Part shown: in pieces, positions 36,143 to 45,935 of the stretch | How positions within the stretch are numbered: position 1 is the stretch's first letter | Layout of the letters: every line of letters begins with the position of its first letter | Origin: a virus | Lineage: Duplodnaviria > Caudoviricetes | Strand: one strand, 5' to 3' | Length of the DNA stretch: 47,813 bases | Virus record (IMG/VR): IMGVR_UViG_3300037424_000492 | Location: 1 to 47,813 of that record | Translations under genes and position numbers: made by a program | Notes under the pieces: generated by a model | What the model was told of the DNA's origin: nothing | The model's database searches: none | The model's input: only the letters and a program-made list of their open reading frames with translations

Positions 36143-36451
36143 TCATGCTTTGCTTTTCGGCTCCGGCAATTCGACAAACCAGCCACGTTTTTCGAATTCC
36201 GCGATGAGCAATTCTGCCGTATCGCACGCGCGCTGTACGATCTCGGCAGGCGCAAGCAAGGCGAGTTTGGCCCGGCCTGCGCTATCTTCCCCGTCCGGCC
36301 TTGCGGCAATAATCCCCCACCGCGTTACTAACTCCTGTGCAATTTCTGCCGCACGTACAGGTTGGCGTTTGACGAAAACGCGAACCATAGCTTTACCAGA
36401 TTCATCATCAATCAAATACCCAACATCTTTATTGCTTTTAGGTTCACTCAT
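36143..36451 (-). CDS. Conserved phage hypothetical protein
   Basis: WGIIAARPDGEDSAGRAKL motif; AAGGAG RBS. Confidence 0.7.
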   Translation of the reverse strand: MSEPKSNKDVGYLIDDESGKAMVRVFVKRQPVRAAEIAQELVTRWGIIAARPDGEDSAGRAKLALLAPAEIVQRACDTAELLIAEFEKRGWFVELPEPKSKA

Positions 36452-37006
36452 TTCGATCTCCTTTTTTATTTATCCAAAAACAGTAACAGAATCGGCCACG
36501 CCAGCGCCAAAACAAAGCCAATCATTGCAAGTATGTCAACAATGCAACCACCAAGTCCTTCCCTATCGTCGCTCATCCCGTCACCCAAAAATACAGCAAT
36601 TCATTTCCACTCACCGGCCTGCCATCGATCTCGACAATGTAGCCCTGCCCCAAATATCGCTTATCGATATGCGGGTATGCGTTGGGGTTAATGGAGACAA
36701 GATCGTATTCAGCAATGGTTTTATCCAGCAATAAGCATTTTCCTGTTTTCATCGTCGTAGTCATCCCGTCACCGCCTTGAATATTTCACCCAGGCAGTCC
36801 ATCAGACCACACACCAATAGCCCCAGCAGGATCGCACAGACCGTCAGGAACAATCGTAGAGCCAACGGCATACCGGCAGACCCGGCCAGCCCGTCTTGTG
36901 CTTCTATCAGTTTTCGTTTCATGATTATGCCCTTTCTGTCAAATAGTGCGTATAGTTTGCTTGCGATTAGCTTGTGATTAGGTAAAACATGCCATTTTGC
37001 ATGATA

Positions 37007-37615
37007 TTACGCCTCGGGGGAGGGGAGAAGAGCATCAAGTATATTCAAAATCTCATATTCTTCTTTCCGCAAATGCTCAAAAAAACTCCACCCCCGCCCC
37101 TCTGTGATGACCACTCCGTTATTCTTGTCCATGAGTATTCGTACCCGATTGTCTTTCAAAATGTTCGTAATGAGATTGTAAATTGTCAGTCCGCGCCCAG
37201 CGCCAAAAATATCTTGCAAGATGCGCGTCGTATAATTGCGAGACTTGCATACTCCAATTCCTAACATATGCCACTCTTCCCGCGTCAATCCGCGAATCTC
37301 CTTGGACACACGTTGGCTATCTCCATCGATGAGCACAAGACTGAGAACTACCGTTCCATCATTCACGTCAGTTTGTTTTATTCCTTCCGGTAAAGCAGAC
37401 GCTCCCGATTGATAATACACATAATCTTCCCGCTTGCTAAGTAGCCATCTTGAAATCAACCATCCTACAAAGCACCCTCCAACAATCCAAGCCACAACGA
37501 TAACGGGCTTGTTTACTTCCGCGCCAAATGCCAGAATGCTCCCCAGGATAAGCCCCACGAATCCCCCCCAGGACATAGGGATAAGAATATGATGCAGTTC
37601 GGGCGCGTCATCCAT
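37007..37615 (-). CDS. Membrane protein (2 TM plus cytoplasmic domain)
   Basis: N-terminal hydrophobic pair; 202 aa. Confidence 0.7.
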   Translation of the reverse strand: MDDAPELHHILIPMSWGGFVGLILGSILAFGAEVNKPVIVVAWIVGGCFVGWLISRWLLSKREDYVYYQSGASALPEGIKQTDVNDGTVVLSLVLIDGDSQRVSKEIRGLTREEWHMLGIGVCKSRNYTTRILQDIFGAGRGLTIYNLITNILKDNRVRILMDKNNGVVITEGRGWSFFEHLRKEEYEILNILDALLPSPEA

Positions 37616-37634
37616 GCTAATGATTCCCCTGCCG

Positions 37635-37931
37635 TTATTGGGTTCGGGTCATCCATAATTCAGCCACGATCATGGCAAAAAAACCGCCAATGGCAGACGC
37701 AACCGCGATACTAAAATCATCGAATGCCACCAGCGCAATGCCGCCAACAATAACCGATGCGATGACAAAGATGCCGAGCGGACTCTTTTGCGTCTTTACT
37801 GCTGGCTTGACTTCTACCGGCACCACCTTCGCTCCCCCGCCAATATCGGCAGCCACTCGCCGCGCTGTTTCTTCTGGCAGCGGACCTGTTTGTCGAACTT
37901 TATCTTTTACAACAACATATTTTTCTGCCAT
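37635..37931 (-). CDS. Membrane protein (2 C-terminal TM)
   Basis: AGGAG RBS; hydrophobic C-terminus. Confidence 0.7.
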   Translation of the reverse strand: MAEKYVVVKDKVRQTGPLPEETARRVAADIGGGAKVVPVEVKPAVKTQKSPLGIFVIASVIVGGIALVAFDDFSIAVASAIGGFFAMIVAELWMTRTQ

Positions 37932-37940
37932 TCATCGCTC

Positions 37941-39622
37941 CTATTTCGCGCTTGTCCAGTCAAAATCCTTCGCAGTATACAACATTGCGACTTTCCAAAT
38001 ATTTTTACAGTGCTCACAATCAACCTTTGCGCCTTTGGGTACGTCAACTTCAACCGAATCAACTTCTGGCGCAGGATCATCGCCATCGTCACCGCATATG
38101 GTCGCGTAATTCCCCGTTGGGTGCGGGAGATGTACTGAGATAACACCGTCATGCAAGATCGCAACGTATTTCATTCATCACTCCTTTTCACGATCACACG
38201 CCAAGCGCAAATAAAAAATGCCACACCCAGCACCACTAGCCATAGCAAGCGCAGCCACGCCCGCCACAAATCCACCAGCACCCCAAGAGCGCCTGTCACC
38301 TGCGCCGCCACGAGCAACGCGGCGAGAACGAGTGCCAGCAGCAGCCAGGGGAGCGGCTTCATTCGGCATTCACCGGTTCGATGTGCAAAACGATGCGAAC
38401 CGGCAAGGCTTTGTAACACTCAGGCCCGTATCCGCGCTTGACACTCAACTCATCAGTAAGGCGTTTGCCACAGTTTTTACACGTTGGATACGGCTTGCGA
38501 AGTTGTTTCCATGAGCGGCAATCATGCGCCGAAAATTCGCTTTCAACTTTAACAATTGCTTTTTGCATCTCTCACACTCCCAGCATTTTACCGAAAACCA
38601 GAATGGCTACAAACAACATACACAACGTAGCCACGAGCGCCATCGCCGCCGCCACCGTGCGGCGAACACTGCCGTATGGCCGGCGTAGGTTGCGGTCAGG
38701 CGTGACCTGCATCCCGCGCGATGTCCATTTAGTGCTCATTGAACGCATCCCGCACCCGGTCTGCCATCGGCCTGGATGCTTCCTGCCGGTTGCGCTGTTC
38801 GATTGCCATGCGCCGCCCCTGCTGTTCGGTTTTGCGCGCATTTGCAATCTTGCGCGCGCGGATATTCTTACGCGAGTTTACCGCATTGTCTGGCTGCGCT
38901 TGTCTGGGCTTGCCTAGCCCGAGCATACACAGACCGCACAATACCATCAGGGCAATGTTCCAGGCGTGCCAGCCAGCCACAAAGCCGTACAGGGTACACA
39001 GTGCAAAGATGATGACGGCGAATATCATTTCTCACTCGCTTCCAACGCATCGCGCTTCTCTTTGATGAGCAAGGCAATTGCGGCGCGAGCTACCCGTTCG
39101 TCATTGTATAGCGGCGTTTGATACCGGTCCTCGTTGATCGTGCCAACCCCCCGGTACATCGTGCTGCCATCCGACTGCTTTACTGCGATTGCGTCAATGT
39201 TGGTTTTGATAGTCATTTGACAACCCTATCGCCTTCTTTTATCGTCCACGAAATTTCATCGTAATAACGATAAAGTTCGGATACTTCTTTTTGCAATTCT
39301 CGAATGGCCTCCTCATCTGTCTCAGCTTCGCACCGTGCGTGTTCACCGGAATCCTGAGTAACACCATTCCTGCGACAATACACAAAAAGTTTATAGATTT
39401 TTTTCATTCCGACTCCTGTTCGTCATCATCAAACGCGATCAGCATATCCAGCAGGCCGGGCGGGATGGTTAAATGATTTCTGCATTTCGGGCAGTTTGTT
39501 ATTTTCAGGCCGTTTTCATTTTTGAATTCCAGCAAGTCCGGGTCGACGTAAACGAGCGTGCCGCAATTTGGACATTCATGTGCAATGTACGCGCCGGGTA
39601 TCATGACTTGCACCTTCCACAT
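37941..39622 (-). other. Run of small hypothetical ORFs, several hydrophobic or Zn-binding (e.g. 37941-38174, 38359-38568, 38729-39028, 39025-39216, 39213-39407, 39404-39622)
   Basis: Coupled short ORFs; 38359-38568 has the CKNCGKRLTD..SVKRGYGPEC (DUF6011-like) motif. Confidence 0.65.
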
Positions 39623-40203
39623 TCACACTCCGGCAACGTTCCCGCGTCTATGTGCCGCAAGATGTCCTTAGCCTTTTTCTCGAACTTCGCCGCCTGCCCC
39701 TCCTGGTACGGCACTCGGATCACGATATGTTCATATGTTTCCCGGCAGCGGTAAATAATAAAACACGTTTTCCAGGGTCCATAGCGCATATACAATTGCA
39801 CCTGGATGAAGTGCCCGAACAGTGCCCGCCCGGTATTTTCCACCTTTTCGAATTTGGCAAGGGATACGGATTTGATTTCCAGCAATTCGCCGTCTACAGT
39901 ATCACTATCAATGTGACCCCGCAGACGATTGTCAAAATTAGATACTACCTCAACATCTCGTGTACCCAAATTGGCAACACGGGCCTTAAACGCAAGGCTA
40001 TATATTTCTTTTTCCTGCTCGTATCCCGCGTAGCACATCCGATGCGCCTGCTCAGTCAACTCTACGCCATTGCGATATTCCAACACAGCCGCGCGCGGGC
40101 AACCGGCGATTTTCGAGATGCCCAGATAGTTACGGTGCTGTTCCAGGCCGCTATTGGCGGCGATGTAAGCATCGATTTTATTTTGGATTTCTTGCGCGTT
40201 CAT
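39601..40203 (-). CDS. Cas4-like / PD-(D/E)XK exonuclease
   Basis: S.IAGCPR; GHID...LLEIKS; QVQLYM; C-terminal CECGRC. Confidence 0.8.
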   Translation of the reverse strand: MNAQEIQNKIDAYIAANSGLEQHRNYLGISKIAGCPRAAVLEYRNGVELTEQAHRMCYAGYEQEKEIYSLAFKARVANLGTRDVEVVSNFDNRLRGHIDSDTVDGELLEIKSVSLAKFEKVENTGRALFGHFIQVQLYMRYGPWKTCFIIYRCRETYEHIVIRVPYQEGQAAKFEKKAKDILRHIDAGTLPECECGRCKS

Positions 40204-40445
40204 ACCTTCGGCTCCTTCGGCAATAACGCAGCAAGTTGATTAATCCAATGGTCTGCCTTTTCAAGCTGGAAATTCAACGTGTTCATGCGCCGATATTCCA
40301 CCAGGCCACGTGCAACTTTCTCGAATTGTATAATCCGCACCCTGCGTTCACAGGACACATGGTTGCCGGTGGCAACGTTCTCCATCCCGCCAATTTCGGC
40401 CAAGTCACAGTAGTCGCAGCGGTAGTTGCCGCGTTCGTCGATCAT
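40200..40445 (-). CDS. Hypothetical protein
   Basis: GGAGG RBS; CDYC motif. Confidence 0.6.
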   Translation of the reverse strand: MIDERGNYRCDYCDLAEIGGMENVATGNHVSCERRVRIIQFEKVARGLVEYRRMNTLNFQLEKADHWINQLAALLPKEPKV

Positions 40446-40446
40446 C

Positions 40447-40656
40447 TCAATCCTCCATCGCTGTTTTATTATCGCCTTTTATCGCCTCAGGCGTATCAGG
40501 CGAGAGATAGCCAACCCGCATGTATCCAGAGTCAAACAGTTGCGCGGTAATTCTTCCGAGCTTGCCCGTTGCGACTGCATCATCAAGAAGTTTCTCAAAC
40601 ATGGGTTGCAATTGATCCATCTGCTTGCCGGTCAGTTCGATGCGGATTTTGTCCAT
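40447..40656 (-). CDS. Hypothetical protein
   Basis: 69-aa ORF coupled to the regulator gene. Confidence 0.6.
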   Translation of the reverse strand: MDKIRIELTGKQMDQLQPMFEKLLDDAVATGKLGRITAQLFDSGYMRVGYLSPDTPEAIKGDNKTAMED

Positions 40657-40657
40657 C

Positions 40658-40861
40658 TCAATCCCCCCTAACCGCGTTTTCTTCGCGGATCTCGGCCAAT
40701 GCCGCGGACGGCTGGCGACGGGCTAGTGCTTCTTCGATGGCAATGCTAGCAGCACCAATTTGATTGACTGGAATCCCCTTTTCCTTTGTCAGCAAATTTG
40801 CCAATTCTTGCAAACGCACGTAAGCAAATTCGTATATTTTGATTGTTATTCTATTTTCCAT
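40658..40861 (-). CDS. Small DNA-binding regulator (RHH-like)
   Basis: RITIKI strand followed by two helices; first gene of the leftward arm. Confidence 0.55.
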   Translation of the reverse strand: MENRITIKIYEFAYVRLQELANLLTKEKGIPVNQIGAASIAIEEALARRQPSAALAEIREENAVRGD

Positions 40862-40862
40862 A

Positions 40863-40910
40863 TTGACAACTCCATATTTATAGTGTACACTATTAGTGTA
40901 CCAATGTCAA
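40863..40910. promoter_or_regulatory. Overlapping divergent sigma70 promoters sharing a palindromic -10
   Basis: Plus strand: TTGACA 40863-68, 17 bp, TACACT 40886-91. Minus strand: TTGACA 40910-05, 17 bp, TACACT 40887-82. Confidence 0.88.
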
Positions 40911-41530
40911 GTACGAATTTTTAAAGAACCTTCACAATGGAATAACAGGATAGCGGTAAAAAGGCACACCGAAGCGCCCATCTGGGATGCTGAGCACTCA
41001 TCGCATGTGCTCCATAGGCAGCCTCCGCGCGATCTATCCTGTTTCCCCCTGCCTGGGCAAAGGCGAACCCAGCGTTAGCAGCAAGTCACGTATGGACGAT
41101 ACTACCCCAGGCGGGGCTCAATTAGGAACAACAGGCGGCGGAGTGGAAATCGCAGACACCGTTGAATCAACACGAATGGGAAAGCACGCGGGGATTACAT
41201 TGTCGCAACGGAAGATTTATCTGGCGTGTGAGTAGGCAAACGCAAGCCGCGCGAAAATCGCAAAGCAGGAGTAGCGACCTGCCCGCCTGTTTCCCCCCGT
41301 ACCGCGTGGGACCGACAACCAGTCAGACTTGAATTGGCATGGCAAACGGTACGGGGAACTGGTGGTCTCCCTTGACTAGCTGCGATTTGCAGACCGAAGC
41401 GCGAAAAACGCCGTAGTGGATGACCAATAAGCCAGCGGGCGGCTCATGACCGCCGAACCCCCGCCTGCCGGATACGTGACGCCGATAACGGTGAGCCCCG
41501 CAAAGGGCTAGACGATCCGGCGGACGGGAT
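40898..41530 (+). ncRNA. Long multi-domain structured non-coding RNA / cluster of small RNAs, including a tRNA-like domain
   Basis: No credible RBS-led ORF until 41549; at least five consecutive domains closed by 9-13 bp helices. Confidence 0.6.
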
Positions 41531-41548
41531 ACTTGAAAGGAATAATCC

Positions 41549-41722
41549 GTGGAAAAAATCATATACGTTGAACGAGAAGCAACTGGCTATGTAATGTGCG
41601 CTGATTGCAAAAGCGTCATCACGCCAGGAGAAAAGTATTATCATTCTTTTCCGGGTCCGCAGGCAGTTTGCGCGAGTTGCCATGATGAAGATATTCAGGC
41701 ACGGAAGCAGGAAGAATCATGA
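41549..41722 (+). CDS. 57-aa Zn-finger protein
   Basis: GAAAGGA RBS with GTG start; CADC...CASC. Confidence 0.65.
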   Translation: MEKIIYVEREATGYVMCADCKSVITPGEKYYHSFPGPQAVCASCHDEDIQARKQEES

Positions 41723-41880
41723 ACTTTCTCTCCCCCATACAGACGCCCTACGGGGTAGCTCGCGTGATCGGTAAAACTGCGGATGGCGGCTATCTTGTCA
41801 GCCTGCCTAAGGCGGCAATGACAGTCACGCACCCAAACTACAGGGGCGGACCCTGTACAAATTGGATCTTCTACCCGTGA
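41719..41880 (+). CDS. 53-aa hypothetical protein
   Basis: ATGA coupling; MNFLSPIQTPYGVARVIG. Confidence 0.55.
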   Translation: MNFLSPIQTPYGVARVIGKTADGGYLVSLPKAAMTVTHPNYRGGPCTNWIFYP

Positions 41881-41948
41881 TCCGTTGCTATATTTGCGGC
41901 GCTGAGTTGCAATCCGCAAACAGGCCGCATAAAAAGGAAGATTGTCAA

Positions 41949-42962
41949 ATGAGTGTACTACAAGAAGCCATTGATACCCTGAAAAACTTCGACCCCGAAA
42001 AAGGCAAACTTGCCGAAGCCGAACTCGCCGCCATGCGCCAGTTGATCGGGGAACAGATGGAACGCATCACGCAGCAGCAGGCCGTTGTGGATGCGGCGAA
42101 AGAACTTGATGAACAATGCAGCTGGACAACGGATGATTTGTATGACTATCACGAATACGAAGTACAGGGGCGGTTGCTAAAGAAACTCGCCGCCGCCCTG
42201 GCCGCGCTGCCGCAGCCTGCGAAAGGCAAGCCATGAACAAACACGACTTTATCCAAAAAATAACTTCCATGCGCGCGCCCTCCATCCGTGAATTCTCACC
42301 AGATGACAACAATGAACTATTGTGTACGTGTTGGATCGTTGAAGATACGAAAAACATACACAACAAATTTTGTACCCCGGCAGTGAAATTATTGCATAGT
42401 GATTATCTACAGGGGAATCTGGAAAGTTTCTATGCCAGGGAAAAACATTATCGTGAAACATATCACCGGTGGCTGGAAAGTTTTCTGGCACAACAGGAGC
42501 TTGACAAATGACTAAAAGAACGCCTAAGTTTGCCTGTGACGTTTGCGGCTGGACAGGGACTAGCAACGATGTTCTATCCGCCCCAAATCCATTTGATCCG
42601 CAGGGAACGATATACGGCTGCCCTGAGTGTAAGGAAGTCGAGCAATTCAAAAGAGTCTGTGACTTTGCTGATTGTTGGGATTCTAACATCGCCGGGGGAA
42701 AGCCAACGGAAAATGGGTACATGTTTCTTTGTAGTGAACATTACAACGCAGTCCCGGTTGGTGCGAAATGACTACCCGTTACAGCATCTATCATCCAAAC
42801 GGTTTTTATATGTGCGACATCGAAATCAGGGACGATGATTCAGCCTTCAATAAGGCGCAAGTCAATGAGCCAGGCAGTGCAACGTACAACCCAAAATTGC
42901 CACGCTGGGAGAGAACGCAGCGAGCAACTCAGATGAGTTTGGGCCAAGAGCTTGACAAATGA
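41949..42962 (+). other. Four coupled small ORFs (41949-42236, 42233-42511, 42508-42771, 42768-42962)
   Basis: All joined by ATGA overlaps; two end in QELDK. Confidence 0.7.
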
Positions 42963-43174
42963 CGACACAAATCCCAATAGTGTTGAAACCATGTCCTTTT
43001 TGTGGCAAGGAGATTGGTGAAAAAAATATTTATCGTAATGATATTAGAACCTATAAAATTGTTTGTTGGAATTGTCATGGATGCAGTGGCGGCGCTGTCA
43101 AGCTGACTATAGCAATCCGCAAATGGAATAAACGCGATGAACCAAAAAGATTTGATACTGTTCAACCTTCTTGA
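42959..43174 (+). CDS. Lar-family (restriction alleviation-like) Zn-ribbon protein
   Basis: LKPCPFCG...C..C...AIRKWNKR. Confidence 0.75.
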   Translation: MTTQIPIVLKPCPFCGKEIGEKNIYRNDIRTYKIVCWNCHGCSGGAVKLTIAIRKWNKRDEPKRFDTVQPS

Positions 43175-43331
43175 AATAAGCGACACGCTAGAAAGCTTGA
43201 AGCGCAGGATAAATCACCTTCGAGTGTACATTGAAGCCATGGATACACATAATATTGATAACTCTAGCCACCCCGCATATGAAGGCGACGGTGTCAACTG
43301 GCATCCCGAAGAAATCTATAAGGATGAATGA
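43137..43331 (+). CDS. Hypothetical protein
   Basis: 64-aa ORF. Confidence 0.45.
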   Translation: MNQKDLILFNLLEISDTLESLKRRINHLRVYIEAMDTHNIDNSSHPAYEGDGVNWHPEEIYKDE

Positions 43332-43362
43332 CGAGCGATGTATTCGAGTTTGAGCCAGGAGC

Positions 43363-43544
43363 TTGACAAGAGATAGCGTTATCGTGTAAGATGTAGATAG
43401 TAAGTGACAAATGCGGAATGGCACCGCCATAGACTAGGAATAAGCACAGGCAGATTGTTTGTATTCCCTGCCAGTGGCCCCCGATGCTTATTCCCGGGAT
43501 GCCCCTGGCTCACTGGCAAGGAATAGAGATAATCTGCTTTTTTT
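43363..43544 (+). promoter_or_regulatory. Promoter plus antisense-loop/terminator leader B
   Basis: TTGACA-18-TAAGAT; GGAATAAGCA/TGCTTATTCC pair; long hairpin 43450-43537 followed by T7. Confidence 0.7.
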
Positions 43545-43560
43545 ATCTAAGGACTAAAGA

Positions 43561-44277
43561 ATGGGTGCGTATTCAAAACTACACAATGCAACATATCAAG
43601 AAGTGAAAAAGCTTTTCCCCCATTATCGAATTAGGGAAAATGTTCGTCCTGATTGGTTGATGTCAAGCAATTTGACTAAATTAGAACTTGATATTTTTAT
43701 CTCAGAAATCAATCTTGCAATTGAAATTCAAGGGGAACAGCATTATGAATTCAATTCATTCTTCCACAAAACTTATGACGATTTTCTAGCACAAAAACAA
43801 AGGGATCAAGAGAAACGCGATTTATGCTACGGCAAGGGTATAAAACTTGTTGAAATAGCTTGCTTTATAGATTTGAGCATATTTGTTGACAGATTGAAAG
43901 AATTACCTGAGACACAAAGAAACAAAAAAGTATACAGCCGAAAATCTTTGATGCGTTCAAAAAGTTTCAGAATACGAAGGCGCGCACGGCGGCGGCGCTG
44001 GCGTTTACGACAAGCGGGATTGTTGCCGCCTTATGTAGAAAACCCACTCCGAAACAAAAAACTTCCTGGCTCACAAAGACAGCGGCACAACGCCAAGGCA
44101 AAATTACTTTGTGAACAACTAGACGAAAATACCTGGAAGATATGGGGTGGGGAAAATGAACACATTGTAAAGAATTGGCAATGTGATTGCTGGCAAGCTG
44201 TCAATCGTGGAATATGCACCCACGTTATCAAAATCATAATGACGACTGAATCTTATGCAATCCCAGGGGTGAACTAA
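43561..44277 (+). CDS. PD-(D/E)XK (Vsr/DUF559-like) endonuclease with C-terminal SWIM finger
   Basis: LELDIF...LAIEIQGEQHY...RDQEKRDLC; CDC...CTH. Confidence 0.8.
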   Translation: MGAYSKLHNATYQEVKKLFPHYRIRENVRPDWLMSSNLTKLELDIFISEINLAIEIQGEQHYEFNSFFHKTYDDFLAQKQRDQEKRDLCYGKGIKLVEIACFIDLSIFVDRLKELPETQRNKKVYSRKSLMRSKSFRIRRRARRRRWRLRQAGLLPPYVENPLRNKKLPGSQRQRHNAKAKLLCEQLDENTWKIWGGENEHIVKNWQCDCWQAVNRGICTHVIKIIMTTESYAIPGVN

Positions 44278-45380
44278 TGGACTTCCACGAATGCGCTAAC
44301 ATTTTTCCAATGATGGACGGTACTGAGTACTCAGGATTGGTTCTGGACATTCAAGCCAACGGCTTACTTGAACCCATTGTTATTTATGATGGAAAGATAC
44401 TGGACGGACGCAACCGTTACCGTGCTTGTATGGAACTTGGGATAGAGCCAGATTTTGAACAGGCGAATGGGAACACCGACCCAAAGCAGTATGTTATCTC
44501 CAAGAACTTCCACAGACGACATTTATCGAAGGCGCAACAAGTAGGGATAATGCGCCAATTGCGAACAGACGGTAAGACATACCAAGAGATTGCAGATATA
44601 ACAAATGTTGGAGTTGGGACCGCTTACAGACACACAAGCGACATTGACCTTTTCCAAATGGAAAAGGTGGAGGGCAGGGACGGTAAGCATTATCCAGCTT
44701 CTTATACAAAACCAGACGGCGAACGGGGGATAGTCCGCAATAGATCAGAAGAAAGAAACGGGATCGCTACTTGTGGAGTATGTGGAAATTTATATGACAG
44801 TGAAGCATTAGGGTATTGCCCTTACTGCGCTTATACCCCCGCTCAACGGATTGCATACCTGGAAGATGCTCAAAAAAAGCCCCACGTCTCCAATAACTCA
44901 GGCGAAAACGAATGGTACACCCCGCCTGAATATATCGCCGCTGCCGTTGCCGTCATGGGTAGGATAGACATCGACCCGGCCTCCAGCGACAAGGCCAACG
45001 AGACAGTGAAGGCCAGCCGGTATTACACCAAAGATGATGATGGGCTTTCTCAAATATGGGCGGGCAAGGTGTGGATGAATCCGCCGTATGCTAGGGGCTT
45101 GATTGATAAGTTCACTGCAAAATACGCTGAGTATGTTACAGACGGATATATCAGCGAAGGTATTGTTCTGGTGAATAACGCCACGGAAACGAACTGGTTT
45201 ATGGAACTTGTCAATGTGTCAGACGCGATTGTGTTTACAAAGGGCAGGATAAAATTTATGAATGTGGATTTGGAAGCGGACGGGAAACCGTTACAAGGGC
45301 AGGCGCTTATTTACTCAGGTAAGAACCCAGATGGATTTTTGAGTGAGTTTTTGCAGTTCGGTTGGGGGGCAAGGCTATGA
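44277..45380 (+). CDS. ParB-N + HTH + phage Dam-type N6-adenine DNA methyltransferase fusion
   Basis: ILDGRNRYRAC...RRHL; TYQEIADITNVG; EWYTPP, DIDPAS, WMNPPY, GRIKF. Confidence 0.9.
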   Translation: MDFHECANIFPMMDGTEYSGLVLDIQANGLLEPIVIYDGKILDGRNRYRACMELGIEPDFEQANGNTDPKQYVISKNFHRRHLSKAQQVGIMRQLRTDGKTYQEIADITNVGVGTAYRHTSDIDLFQMEKVEGRDGKHYPASYTKPDGERGIVRNRSEERNGIATCGVCGNLYDSEALGYCPYCAYTPAQRIAYLEDAQKKPHVSNNSGENEWYTPPEYIAAAVAVMGRIDIDPASSDKANETVKASRYYTKDDDGLSQIWAGKVWMNPPYARGLIDKFTAKYAEYVTDGYISEGIVLVNNATETNWFMELVNVSDAIVFTKGRIKFMNVDLEADGKPLQGQALIYSGKNPDGFLSEFLQFGWGARL

Positions 45381-45817
45381 TAGATACTCGTGGAGTAATA
45401 CAAAACCGCCCGCGCCGTCAACAAATTTTAGACTTTCGTCATGTGCGGTATGGAAACATAACCCCAACAGATCTCGATGCAATGATTGAATACAAGAATA
45501 CGGGATATGTTTTGATAGAGATCAAGCATGAGCAAGATTTTTACTCAGACAAAGAGCAAGGACAGCTAAAAGCGCATGAACGCATGGTCGACGCTCTTTG
45601 GGTAGCAAACAAACCATCTGTATTAATTTTTGCCAAACACCATATTAAAAACACTGCTAACGATGTTGATTTAGCCGCCTGCCAGGTAACACATTACCGA
45701 TATTGTGGTAAGTGGCATAAATGGAACGGACAAGCCGTAAAGCAAGTGGTGGATAGCTTCATCAAACATCTGGATGATCTTATCCAAGCACGGCAAATGC
45801 AATTCAGCAAGACTTAA
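45377..45817 (+). CDS. PD-(D/E)XK-fold protein
   Basis: TPTDLDAMIEY...LIEIKH. Confidence 0.6.
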   Translation: MIDTRGVIQNRPRRQQILDFRHVRYGNITPTDLDAMIEYKNTGYVLIEIKHEQDFYSDKEQGQLKAHERMVDALWVANKPSVLIFAKHHIKNTANDVDLAACQVTHYRYCGKWHKWNGQAVKQVVDSFIKHLDDLIQARQMQFSKT

Positions 45818-45935
45818 ACCAGAATGCTCCCGTTTGAAGCAACGAGACGGGAGCGCCAGGCTGGTAGGACAATTTGCAAATGTGCCCGATATCTGCATTA
45901 TATACCAAAACTATCTAAATAGGGCACGGAGATAC

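Noticed and set aside
41130-41291. Canonical tRNA or tmRNA gene
   Set aside because: No TTCRA T loop, no anticodon arm, no CCA and no evident tag reading frame.
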